Source of the DNA: the human T2T-CHM13v2.0 reference genome, Homo sapiens
NCBI RefSeq assembly: GCF_009914755.1
Contig: NC_060934.1
Direction: 5' to 3' (one strand)
DNA length: 64,000 bases
The stretch's first letter is position 1; every line of letters begins with the position of its first letter. The notes under the pieces were generated by a model. That model searched no databases. It worked only from the letters and a program-made list of their open reading frames with translations, and had not been told where the DNA came from. The position numbers and the translations under genes were made by a program. Below, one piece after another: positions 26,001 through 38,430 of this stretch.

Positions 26001-27057
26001 ATACTATGTGGAATGTTTTTATTCCTATAAATTTCCCGATGTTGATTGCCTTATATTATTACTGCTATGGACATATGTTTGCTACCCAAGCAGACTTTAA
26101 GCTACTAGAGGCTTATTTCCAGATATAATTTATTTTGAATATTTTCAATAGTTGACAATAGTATGACAAGACAACATAAATATGCATATCAAAATATTTG
26201 GAGATGACTCAGAGAATCTTAATGGAAAAGATTTAGGATTCAGAGAACTGTCACCAAAGGGCATACAGAGTAATGAAAAAACATCACCTGGTCAGTGTTG
26301 TTGCTCTTGATAAGGTTGTCAAATTTTACATGCTATATCTCCAGTTATTTGAAATTTTCTTGAGGCTATTAGAATAACAGAGAGAACCATAGTCCTATTC
26401 AAAGCAGTGCAAAATATACAAATTATTTAAAGGCATTTTGTAACTATTTTATTTTCAGATATGGCATTAAAGTGTAAAGACTCAGAAACAATCAAATGAA
26501 AATAGCACATTATTCAGTCAATGCATAATAAAAATATGAAAAAATGAAATTTAAAATATCCCTGAGAAAGACAAGAGAGGTGAATCTATTTACACAATAA
26601 ACAGGCAGAATTTCTCAAAAAATTATTAAAAGAAGATAAAATATTAATAATTATTTAAGAAGAAAGCGAACAATGGTGCTTAAATATCTGTGTGACTGAA
26701 AGGCACGCAGAAAACAATTTAACTATATAATACAATATACATTACCCAGAAGAATGACTAAAATGAAACAAATAGGCAATACTTGTCAAAGAAAAACATT
26801 GATGTGGAGAAATTGGGTCTTTCATATTGCTAGTGGATATGTAAATTTGAGCAAACACTATGGAAAGCATTTAGCATAATCTACTGAAGCTGAGTTAAGA
26901 CATATTCTGTAAGGGGTATACACATACATTTACTTAAAATATGTATGATAATATTCATATCAAATATTTATAGTGGCTCCTAGTAAGAAACAATCTAAAA
27001 GCTTATTCTTAGTAAAATAGTTAAATCTTCTCACACATTCATACAAACGAAATTTGA

Positions 27058-27270
27058 CAAGTCTGTTTTCAAATATTGTAGTCATTACTTACATGTAGAT
27101 ATTTAAATTTAAAATAGTTAAAATTAAATAGAATTAAAACCTAAGTCAGCCAGTAGGCTAGCCACATTTCCAGGGCTCAATAGATATGAGAGGCTAGTGG
27201 CTAATATATTTGACAGTGCCACATAAAAAAATGTGTATTATTGCAAAACAGTTTATTGAATGGTGATGCT
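27058..27270. mobile_element. MER3-like hAT MITE
   Basis: taaaattaaatagaattaaaa...ctagccacatttccagggctcaatag...ggctagtggcta...tttgacagtgc. Confidence 0.75.
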
Positions 27271-27427
27271 ATATAGCACAGAAAATGAAAGCATTAATAT
27301 GTTCTTTCAAAAAAATCTCACAAAAATAATGAGCTAAAACATTTGAATTTAAAAAATGTATACTGTGTGATTATATTTATATTTAGAATACATAAAATAG
27401 GATTCTATTATTAAAAAGAGAGAATAA

Positions 27428-27555
27428 ACTAGGCTTGATGGTACATTCCTGTAGTCCCAGCATCTTGGGAAGCTGAGGTTAGAGGATTGCTTGAGCCCAG
27501 GAGTTTGAGTCCAGCCTGGGCAATATAGCAAGACCCCATCTTTAAAGAGAAAAAA
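27428..27555 (+). mobile_element. Alu monomer (FLAM-type)
   Basis: cctgtagtcccagc...gaggattgcttgagcccaggagtttgagtccagcctgggcaatatagcaagaccccatct plus A-rich tail. Confidence 0.85.
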
Positions 27556-27689
27556 CAAAGAAACAAGTCAAAAGTGACATATAGTATTATAAGTGAGGTT
27601 AGGACTTATTTATATTTTAGGATAGATTTTTGTCCAGAAGGGATATGAAAAAGTTCCTTGGGTGGTGATTGTAGTCTATTTTTCTTTTA

Positions 27690-28355
27690 TATTTTAATAA
27701 ACAGAAACAAGTAACTTAATATTTACCATCTAAACCAATTTTAAGTGTACAATTCAGCAGTATTAGATGTAGTCACATTATGAAACAGATCTCCAGAATT
27801 TTTTCATCTCTTATGTCTGAAACTCTGTAGACATTAACGTCTTTTCTCCCTTACCCAAGGCTCTGGTAACTACAAATCTACTTTCTATTTCTACTAATTT
27901 GGCTAGTTTACATATCTCATATTAGGATAATTCTGCAGTATTTGTCTTTTTGCAACTGTCTTGTTTCATGTAACAAAATGTCTTCTTGGGTCATATCCAT
28001 GTTGTAGTTTGTGAAAAGATTTCCTTTGTTTTTAATACTGTATAATATTTTGTTGTCTGCATATTTTACATCTTTTACTAATTCATTTTTAGATGGACAT
28101 AGGAGTTGCTTCTACCTCTTGACTATTGTGAATAATGGTGTAATAAACATGGATGTGCAAACATCCCTTGAAGACCTGTTTTAATTCTTTTGGATATAGA
28201 GCCAGAAGTGGAATAGCTGGTCATATAGCAATTCTATTTTTAATTTTTTGAAGAACTTCCATACTGTTTTTCATAGTGGTTGTAACATTGTACAATCCCA
28301 TTTAACAGTGCACTACAGTTCCAACTTCTCCACATCTTCCTCAGCACTTGTTATA
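27690..28355 (-). mobile_element. L1MB 3' portion
   Basis: tttaccatctaaaccaattttaagtgtacaattcagcagtatta...gccagaagtggaatagctggtcatatagcaattctattttt. Confidence 0.8.
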
Positions 28356-29532
28356 TGGCTACCCAATTGTTATAATTTTTCTATGCAATCGTTCCGCACT
28401 TTGCACTTCTCTAAAAAATCAATTGGCCACATGTACTAGGTCTTAAAAGTTATTTTATTAAATATTTCCTGGTGAAATGCTTTCATTATGAAATTATTTT
28501 TATTGTAAAAGTATTTCATAGGGTCTGCAAATGTCACCATATTATAAATGCAATTTACTTTCAAAATGTATAGAGATAGATAAGTAGGTAATGAGGTACA
28601 TGGAGATGGAGACAGAGAGATACAGACAGAAATTAAATGTGAAAAACTGTTACTGATGAATCTACGTAGGTAGATGTTTACTGTACTATTCTGTTACTTG
28701 TTCATATGTTCAGAATTTGTCAAACTAAGTAGTTGAATAAAGAGAAAAGTAAAATGAAACAAAAATGCAAAAAAATACTATGGTGATTTCACATGTAACA
28801 ATCACTAACTCTTTATAAAAAGAAGAAAATAAAATTAATTTGGTAAAAAACACAAAAATGTGGTTCATAAACTTGTTAGTGTTTTAAAATTTTGGAAATG
28901 TCGTGGGGAGATTACATTAAAAATATATATATTGGCCATGTAGTCAAATGAACGTAGGTTAATATTGATTAAATATGTAAAACTTTTACATCCCAACTAT
29001 TTGTTATACAGACATAAGTGTTGACTAATATTTATGTAAGCTATTTTTTCTGAGAAGCAGGGACAATTTCTTATGCATCAATTTTTTGTAATAAGATACA
29101 TAATTTTAAAGCATTTTGGTTATTATTTGTGTTCATATAAGATATATTAAATCTACATTCAAGGTTTTTTTTGGCAAAAAGCATCAACACTGAAAACAGG
29201 CTATGGCTATTAAATGAATTATACTTTCACAAGAGCAGAAAAGAAAGTTTAAAATGTGTTTTATAAACACAGCTGGGTTGTCTTTTCTTTCATCAAAGTT
29301 AAGTTACAGATCATACCAGAGTTAAAAATAAATTGTTTCCTAGTTCCCTATAGATTTTCAAAGAGCTTAAATAATGACCTGAATCTTAATGACTTCCAAA
29401 TTTGGCATATCTGTGTATACAAAGAACAAACTATGTTTTCCTTTTTGATTATATCTTTCTATAGTATATTGGTACTAAAATTTTAAGAAAAAATAAAAAT
29501 TGTCATTTTATTGCTCCATCAGAGAACAGTGA

Positions 29533-29884
29533 TAATATGGTTTGGCTCTATGTCCCCACCCAAATCTCATTTTGAATAATCAGATAATTCCCATGTGTTG
29601 TGAGAGGGACCCAGTGGGAGATAAGTTGAATCATGAGGGCAGTTTTCCCCATACTGTTCTCATGTAGTGAATAAGTCTCACGAGATCTCATGGGTTCATC
29701 AGGGTTTTCCACTTTTGCTTCCTCCTCATTTTTCTCTTGCTGCCACCATGTAAGAAGTGCCTTTCACCAGCAGTCATGATTCTGAGGCCTCCCCAGCCAT
29801 GTGGAACCATAAGTCCAATTAAACCTTTTATTCTTCCCAGTCTTGGGTATGTCTTTATCAGCAGCATGAAAATAGACTAATACA
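29533..29884 (+). mobile_element. THE1A solo LTR
   Basis: atatggtttggctctatgtccccacccaaatctca...ttttgcttcctcctcatttttctcttgctgccaccatgtaagaagtgcc...gactaataca; perfect TSD agtga. Confidence 0.9.
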
Positions 29885-31439
29885 AGTGATATTTCCATTA
29901 TCTATATTTTAAAAAAACCTACCAGCCAAACATCACAAATCTCACTTATTTCATATTTCCAATGCTATGTGTTGAAGAACAATAGGAAGTTATAGGAAAA
30001 CGTAAAATTGAATCATCATGATAAAAATACTAAGGAAATGTAAAATGTAAAAACTTAGCTAATTTATTTGTTAATTATAATTATTTACTAGGGTTTATCT
30101 AGTAATCCAAATATCTATATCTAAATACTATATTGAGTAGTCAAATGTTTATAAAGATATTGTCATTGTTATAGCCTGTCAATTTTGTGTACAATTTTTT
30201 TGGCAAATTTAACATTCAACCACTTTTGTTAGCTTAGTACCAGAGTTGTCACGGGCATACAATAAATTATCATTCTGTTTAGGAAAAATATCAAAAACCA
30301 AATAAATTTATTAGAGAAATGAATGAGTGGAACAATTGGAGAAATAATGTTTTTCTGTAGTCAGATAATGTCCTATATCTTTATCTTAAGTAAGTATTAA
30401 AAGATAGCTTTGTCCAGGGGCAAATTTGTGTTTCAAGAATGGAATGAATATGAACTTGACAAGAATAATTATAGTCTATATAAGAAAAGAGAGAAAAAGT
30501 ACCAAAAATGCTAAGTACAGGCACAGTAATTATAGCTAGGATATATTTTGTACTGATGTCTTTAATATTCTACACAAGTTTAAGGCATTCTTTTATTTTC
30601 AAAGATTATACTTTAAGTTCGGATGATTAAATCTAAGAAGAATAGAAATAAATTGGAAATTAATATTTTCAACAATAACTTAGTTTAGAGAACGAACACA
30701 TTTATAGACCACGTAGTTTAAACGTGTTTTTAAAAAAGCTTTTGGAACAGTGGTACCAATATATAACTAAAATCACAAAAGCACTCTCATAGTATCTTAA
30801 AATATATTAAAAATTTTAAGTCATGGTATAGAAATACTCTGACATTTGATTGAATCAAAATGTCCCCATGGTCTTGATGTCCTTGTTTTTGGAGGAATAG
30901 TGTATCATATATGTAACATCATTTCCTAAAATGCTCTGATTTTTTTCAGTTAACAGATTTTATTTTTTGAGAAGGTTTAGATTCACAGTAAATTTGAACT
31001 GAAAATACAGAGAGTTCCCATGTGCCTCCTTTCCGTCTCACACAAACACAGCCCCATCCACTCAATATTCTGAATCACAGTGGAACATTGATTATAATCT
31101 GTGAAGTTGTAGAGAAACATCATAATTATTGAAAAATCAAAGTTTACATAAGAGTTCACTCTTGCAGTTTTATAGTTCATCAGTTTTGACCAGTGTATAA
31201 TGGCATGTATGCCCCATTATAGTATCATACAATTGTTTCATTGCCTTAAAAATCCTCTGTATTCTTCCTGTTTATTACTCCCTGACCATAGCCCCTGGCA
31301 ATCACTGATCTTTTTACTGTCTCCACTGTTTTACCTTGCCCATAATGTCATATAGACGAAATCATACAGAATGTGGCCATTTCAAATTGGCTTTTTAAAA
31401 TCATTTCAGGTTTCTCCATGTCTTTACATGGCTTAGTAA

Positions 31440-31926
31440 TGATGCAGGAGTTTTGCTCCTTAGCTCAGTTAGGTCCAGGTTCTTGTCTCACAGTCAGAAA
31501 GAATTAGGCATGTGGATATCAAAGAGTGAGTAGAGTAGAATTTATTAAGCAAAAGGAAAGCTCTCAGCAAAAAGAAGGGTCCTGAAAGCAGGTTTCCAGT
31601 TGCCCCTTTCGCAGTTGAATACCAGGGCTTCTGTGCAAAAGTCAATGAGGCTGGGCTCCTTATTTGTATATGGTGTGAATTCTTGGCAGCTCCACCCCCG
31701 TCCATCCACTGCGCATGCGGGCCCTTAGTCTGAACTCCATGTTGCTTTATTTCACCTACTGCGCATGCGTTAAGGAACGGGAATTTCCCACAGCGGTCAT
31801 GTTTAGCCCCTGAGCAAGTTCCTTTATCTGCACAAAACATCTGGGATAAGCACCTTGTGGGGTAGGTTGGAGGTTCTCTGGCGACCTTACTTAGTCTGCC
31901 TAAAGCAAGCTGGCTAAGTCCTTTCA
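31440..31926 (-). mobile_element. MER61-family ERV1 solo LTR
   Basis: tgatgcaggagttttgctccttagctcag ... gtctgcctaaagcaagctggctaagtcctttca; TSD gtaa/gtag. Confidence 0.85.
31710..31821. promoter_or_regulatory. Motif cluster in MER61: 2x TGCGCATGCG (NRF1-like), GGGAATTTCCC (NF-kB), p53-type half sites
   Basis: Motifs at 31710-31719, 31760-31769, 31779-31789, 31795-31804 and 31812-31821; sequence only, no activity data. Confidence 0.45.
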
Positions 31927-32955
31927 GTAGCTCATTTCAAGTTCTGCATGATATACCATTATATGCATATACTACAGTTTATTCACCTGCTGAACATGTT
32001 GGTTACTTCCAAGTTTTGGCAATCATAAAAAAATGCTGCTATAATCATTCATGTGCAGATTTTTCTATGAAACTATTTCTATAGCTCACTTCAATAAATA
32101 CGAAAAAGCACAGCTGCTATATCAGATAAAGAAAGTAAGTTTAGTTTTGTAAAAAGCTTCCAAACTGTCTTACAAAGTGGCTATATCATTTTGCATTCCT
32201 ACCAGAAATGAAAGATAGGTTTTTTATTCCAAATCCTTAATGCTTTCAGTATTTTGTATTTTTGGCATTCAAATAGGTATTGTGTGACTTCCTTTTCAAA
32301 TACATTATAGTTAAATTTACATAATTGAGTAGAGAAGCAAATAATGCTGAGTATCTTGGATGTCATCTGAATTATTTGTGCCCATAATATAGCATAGAAA
32401 CACTTCAGCAAAATTTTCCTATCTCTCTCCTTTTAATTTCTGTGTGATCTAAGAAGTGGGTATTTATTATTGTTTTTTAGACTTGATTACCTGAAAAATG
32501 CTTAAAATGCAGATTCTAAGGCTCTGGATCCACAATAATTTGCTTTGGTAGTTGTAGACCTTGACTTCTAATAAACATCCCCAATGACCTAGAATAAGTG
32601 ACCTATCTGTAGCTTTCATATATCTACATCATTCACTCTGTAGGTATGGCCTACAAATCTGGGAGGAAGTACAGTGACAAGAGCTGAGAGAGATAGAAAG
32701 AATATAAGGGAGATTGGTGAAGATTATCCTAAACAGGTGAAAGATGTAAACATTCTATACTTCTGGACAGTGAGGAAGTTTTAGGATTAGATTAGTAAAC
32801 TTACAAAAATACTTTCTACTTCAGACATTTAGATTTGGGAAGAAAAAAACAAATCTTTCTGGTTTCTTCTAAAATGTCCAATTCCAAACAAACGGATTGA
32901 ATTTAAGATAGGCACTCAACACCAATGTTCTTTGTAGTAATAATTATTGTACAAC

Positions 32956-33609
32956 TGTCAACAAAAAGAGTCAAACTCTGTAAAATATTTGGAGATTTAT
33001 TATGAGCCAAATATGAGTGACCAATGGCCCCTGACACAGCCTTCAGGAGATCCTGAGAACATGGGCCCAATGAAGTCCAGCTAAAACTTGGTTTTATACA
33101 TTTTAGGGAGACATAAGACATCAATCAATACATGTAAGACGAACATTGGTTTGAGCCAGAAAGCTGGGACACTGAAAGTAGGGGCTTCCAGGTCATAGGT
33201 AGATTAAAACATTTTCTGATTGGCAGTTGGCTGAAAGAGTTATGTTATTGTTGAAACACTCAGAATCAATAGAAAGGAATGTCTGGGTTAAGATAAGAGG
33301 TTGTGAAGACCAAGGATTTATCATGCAGATGAAGCCTCCAGGTAGAAAGCTTCAGAGAATAGATTGTAAAGGTTTCTTATCAAACCTAAAGAGTTTGCTG
33401 TATCTATTTTAAGTGTGTGTTCATGTTCATGCTAATCAGGTGGGCCTGAATTCCAAAAGAAAGGAGAGTATAATATAATGAGGCACGTCTGACTCCTCAT
33501 TCCCGTCATGGCCTGAACTGTTTTTCAGGTTAAGTTTGGAATGCCCCTGCTAGACAGGAGGAGTCCATTCGGATGGTCAAGGGGCTTAAAATTTTATTTT
33601 TGGTTAACG
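32956..33609 (-). mobile_element. MER4A-like ERV1 solo LTR
   Basis: tgtcaacaaaaagagtcaaactctgtaaaatattt ... ggggcttaaaattttatttttggttaacg; TSD caac/taac. Confidence 0.85.
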
Positions 33610-33885
33610 TAACTCCTAAAAAGCAAGCATAATTAATCACAAGAGTAAAAGCATGGGCAAGTAAAACAAGTATGTCAAATACCATGGTATTAGAAATGTA
33701 AATGATAAAAAGAAAAAAAGTTTTATTGTTTTGTTTCTAGACTGTATTTTAATAATATATATCTTTGTGATATTAATTTATGTTAACATGAAAACTTCTG
33801 GTGAAAAACAAGGAAAATGTAATGTAATTTCAACATTCTAAGATAAGAACTATGTGTAATTTGTAGTAGTTCCTTAAAGTATATG

Positions 33886-34330
33886 TGTAAACAAACAGCA
33901 GGTTAGCTGCTCACTGCTTGTAGAGTCCAATTAATAAAAGCAAGTTCTGGTATAAAAAATCATTTATTTCCAAAGCTATCTTAGGGGAAGAAATACAGAT
34001 ATCCTGCCATACTGCTTCACTTTTGGAGCAGAAAGCAGACACTTTTAAAAGGCAGGGGAGGAAGTGAGTAAGGGCAGGCGTCCATGCTGGTTCTGGTGCC
34101 TTGTCTACGGGGTGGTCCAGCTGACAACTGCTGGTACCTTTGTGGGTGTGCTGTTATCTCTTGAGGCAACCCCACAATAAAGTTGTAACTTGGAGCACAT
34201 ATGTGTATGAACTTGCCCTGTAGGGAGAGTTGGGTGGAGGGGAGGTAAAAGGCTTTATTTGCATTTTTAAAAGGCTAAGTAGGGAATCAGGGGAACAAGA
34301 AAAGAGGAGACAGAGAAAAAATGAGGGTAT
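33886..34330 (-). mobile_element. ERV1-class LTR, subfamily and right boundary uncertain
   Basis: tgtaa...gcaggttagctgctcactgcttgtagagtccaattaa...tttatttccaaagcta...ttttaaaagg (reverse polyA and TATA-like signals). Confidence 0.55.
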
Positions 34331-34692
34331 TGACTACATGTAAATAGAAATACAGATGTTTACTTATCTATAACTACATGTATGCATATGTATACGTTAG
34401 TTGTGTAGAAAGAGAGAGAAGTAATTTTATCATATTACATAATATGAAAATGTCTTAGGAAGAAACCACCACCATTCTCTGATAAATTCACATTACAGTG
34501 GAAATAACGGCTCTAGGTTTCCTCAAGGCAGGCTGTGATCAGAAGAAATAGCTGCCCTTCATAATAAAGGGAAGAAAGCAAGGGAGCTCTAGGCTGTCAG
34601 GAAGAACATGGGGTGGTAGAAAGGGAACATTAAAAACAGAACAGGTTGCTAAGAGGACATTTTTTACTAGTCTTGATTGGGGAGTTTTTTTC

Positions 34693-34942
34693 AAGAGAAA
34701 TTTTGTGTTTTGTAATTAGGTCAACACTGTTGACACCACAAATTCTGAATAATAAAATTTTATAAACCAGCAATAACTTTGAAATAACGAGTAAACTTTA
34801 TGCTAGCAAATTGGATATGAAGACACCAAGTTTTGTTTCCGACTAAGGCATTTTCTTCTTTGGAGAGTGTTTACTCTGTCCCTGGTTTTAAAAGACACAC
34901 AAAGCAAGTCTTCTTATGTTATTAAACATTTAATTGAAATTT
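34693..34942 (+). repeat. Local triplication copy A (direct)
   Basis: Aligns to 36036-36285 at roughly 85-90% by eye. Confidence 0.9.
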
Positions 34943-35282
34943 CTCCAACACTGACTCATGTAAATGTAACGTTGTCTTTGAAAGTCACCTGTTGGCCAAT
35001 TTATCAAGCACTGTGTCCACATACTAAATTGTTATCAGGCAAGAAGTCCACCATTAATGTAATTTTGGAAACTATTATGCTTCTTCTTCTCCTCCTGCTT
35101 CTTGATTTTAGCTTTAACAAAGAGAAACTTGAATGAAAGTAAAAATGTGTGTTGAAGGGAATTCATGTGAGGGACAACTGCAAAATAAAACAAAAACTTG
35201 TTGGATTTGGAATATATCACAAGCAAGGAAGAAACCACTTAAAAAGTTTGAAAAGTATTTATAAGTCAGGAAGACTTATAAA

Positions 35283-35608
35283 TTGATGCACTCCTTTTTC
35301 CACAAATTTTTTACGTTTAGAAGCAATAATTTTCATTAGTTCAAAGAAATAGCATACAATTAAGAATGTTTTCTTTGTAATCCAAAGAGAGCTTTTGAAA
35401 AACAATGAAAACCAGAACATTTAATTTAACAATAAAAACTTTCTGGTTTTCATTTGATATATTTAACAATAAAATTTCAATTAAAGGTTTGATAACATAA
35501 GAATAATTGTTTTGTGTGTCTTTTGAAACCAGAGACAGCGCAGGCATCTCTCCAAAGCAGAATATGGATTAGTTGGAAACAAAAAATGGTGTCTCCATAT
35601 ACAATTTA
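35283..35608 (-). repeat. Local triplication copy B (inverted)
   Basis: Reverse complement aligns to 36150-36470 and, in part, to 34808-34942. Confidence 0.9.
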
Positions 35609-36035
35609 TATGTATTTAAATACATTGATTTTCAATGTATTTATGTATATTGAGTTTCTTGAGTTGAACAGAAATCTATTTAACATATCAACAGATGTCA
35701 GACATACATAGACACTGGATGTAGCTACAAATGAATTATGGCTTCTTACTCAATGCTGATTTAATGTACTGGTGTCCTGAATTGAATCATGAGGTAGCTG
35801 AAAAATGTTTTCTTGGTGTAATTAAATCTAGATATGCAGTGACAAACCCATTTCCTGAGTATTTCCCAGTAATTTCCCAGATTATCATGTATATTTAATG
35901 CACGAAAGTTCCTGTTTTTATTGAAGGGGAAAATGAATCCATATTTTCAAATTATAAAAGCAACTTAACAAATACATTTTTGTCATTACTTTTTTGAGGT
36001 TTTATTTATTTAACACTAAAAAATTGCTAGTTTTG

Positions 36036-36470
36036 AAGAGAAATTTTGTGTTCTGTAATTAGATCCACTCTGTTGACACTACAAATTTTGAATAATAAAA
36101 TTTTATAAGCCAGCAATAACTTTGATGTGATGAGTAAATTTTATGCTAGTAAATTGTATATGAAGACATCATTTTTTATTTCTAACTAATGCATTTTCTG
36201 CTTTGGAGAGATGCCTACTCTGTCTCTGGTTTCAAAAGACACACAAAGTAATTATTTTTATGTTATTAAACCTTAATTGAAATTTTATTGTTAAATCAAA
36301 TAAAAACTAGAAAGTTTTCATTGTCAAATTAAACTTTCTAGTTTTCATTATTTCTAAAAGCTCTCTTTGGATTACAAAGAAAACATTCTTAATTATATGC
36401 TATTTCTTTGAACTTATGAAACTCATTGCTTCTAAATAAGGAAAATTTGTAGAAAAGGGAGAGTATAAAC
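36036..36470 (+). repeat. Local triplication copy C (direct, longest)
   Basis: Contains both the A-homologous and B-homologous segments. Confidence 0.9.
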
Positions 36471-38086
36471 TTTGAAAATCCTAGGTATTGTAGCATTACC
36501 ATTTATCAGGTCTGTGATGCAGGGCAATCCAATTTGTGAGCAAAAATTATCTCACATGTAACTATGAAGGTTTTAGTTTCTGTCTTGCTGGCATCAACAT
36601 TTTGCTGTTGGTATCAACAAAGTATATTGTGAAACTTTAAGTGCAATCCACATATCCACTAATAAAGAGTGATGATTATGATGAACATGAAAATTGGTCA
36701 ATTTGAATTGTACTGTCCAGCTGAAATGTTCAGGTAGTTTTATACCAGAAACACCATCTAGTTACCAAACAGATAAATCATATTAGAGAATTTTGTGTAG
36801 CCAAGTTTTTAAAAGTTAAATTGTAGGCCAGCAGTTTATATCTTGCTATGTTTATTACTAAACATTCTCAGGACATATATATACATGAATTTTGAGCTCT
36901 GCCAGTAGCTAAGATTTGGATGTTAGTTATGTCAAAAACAGGATTATTTCTTAAACTCTTTTTATTAGTTCAGAATGGATTCACTTGAATTTATGTGAGC
37001 AAGTGGTAATTACGTATCTTTTGAAATTAATCCGAAGCGTTATGTTTAAGTAAAAACATTTAGATAAAAACTGGATTTGTATTATTATAATGAAATGAAA
37101 TCAAATACATTTAGCTCTGAGTACTTCAAATGCTTTTTCCCATTACAATTTTATTTCATGTTAATGTCAATTATGTCAATAGCTTTCCTTATCCCTGGTT
37201 ATTTTCGTCCCACCATTGTATCATCACAAAGGCCTTTGTAATGTACTTTTTAGTTGAATCTACCATCTTGGGCAGATTGAATTTTTTACATTTAGTTTTA
37301 TTAAAATGTCAACAGTCGATAGGATTGTGATTAATGTTATTAATGTGTATCTTTCAAGAATATTTTACTAGACGTCTTCTACATTGATAGCTTGTTATTT
37401 ATTTTTATAGGTTAGTATAGATGGAGCTGCCAGTCTAAATTAATTATTGGGTCAATTGGTATTAAATTAGTTTAAGAAAAAAGTTTTTCAGTTGTCATAT
37501 GTCTCTCTAGGATTTGTCTGAAGTATATTATATTATAATAAAATATTTAATACATAATTCAACCTGTATTTATAGATTATGTGTAGTATTGATTGTTAAA
37601 GAAAAACGAATATTGCTAGGTATTACCTTGCCACACTATGTTTTGTTAAAGTTTCAAATTAATAACCAGTGATAAATTAGATGGAAAAATGAGAGAATTT
37701 TGATGACTATATGTTATGTGATTGGTCAATGACTATTATGCTTGGAAAAAATTCACATTAGTTATTTGGAACATATAAAGCATATTAACTTGTATTTAAA
37801 AGTAATAATTAAAAAATAATAATACTAAATAAATATTTAGTGAAGTAGCTCTCAATGTGTCTACCATTAACTTTTAGTGTGGTGGATTTTATCCTTTTTT
37901 GGAGGGGGGGGCCACAACTCAAAGGAACAAATACATTTTATTTCTGTCTAGATGTATTTATGATACCAAACTGCAAACCTTTCATTGTACTATATATAGC
38001 TGTCTCATGTGCTGTATGCCATGTTTTATTTTGATTTTTTTATTTTATTATAGTTCATGATTTTTAAAAATGCTATCTGGACTCAC

Positions 38087-38420
38087 AGTCTTAGTTCGTT
38101 TGTGCTGTTATAACAGAATACAACAGACTGGGTAATTTACAAAATATGGAAATGTATTTCTCACAGCTCTGAGGGCTGAGAAGTCCAAGATTAAAATGCC
38201 AGCAGTTTCAGTTGTCTGGTAAGGGCTGCGTCTTCTGGAGAGGAGGAATGCCTTGTCTTCATATGGCAGAAGAGCAGAAGACAGCAATCTCACATCTGCA
38301 AGCCCTTTTAATAGCATCATCAATCCATTCATGAGGGCTGTGCCTCAGCTCCCAACACTGTTGCACTGGAGATTAAATTTCCAACACAGATATTTTGAGG
38401 GACACATTCAGACTATAGCA
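38087..38420 (-). mobile_element. MaLR solo LTR (MSTD/MSTC-like)
   Basis: gtcttagttcgtttgtgctgttataacagaatacaacagactgggtaattt ... gggacacattcagactatagca; TSD ctcac. Confidence 0.85.
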
Positions 38421-38430
38421 CTCACTAAAT

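Larger units (their letters stand above)
26590..27685 (+). mobile_element. L1ME-type relic, hosting MER3 and an Alu monomer
   Basis: gatgtggagaaattgggtctttcatattgctagtggatatgtaaatttg...cactatggaaagcatttagcataatctactgaagctga. Confidence 0.6.
30955..32285 (-). mobile_element. L1MC1-like 3' region, hosting MER61
   Basis: tttagattcacagtaaatttgaactgaaaatacagagagttcccat...agtttacataagagttcactcttg...cccctggcaatcactgatctttttactgtctcc. Confidence 0.8.

Noticed and set aside
31469-31840. 123-aa ORF
   Set aside because: Lies wholly within the MER61 LTR; no protein-like features
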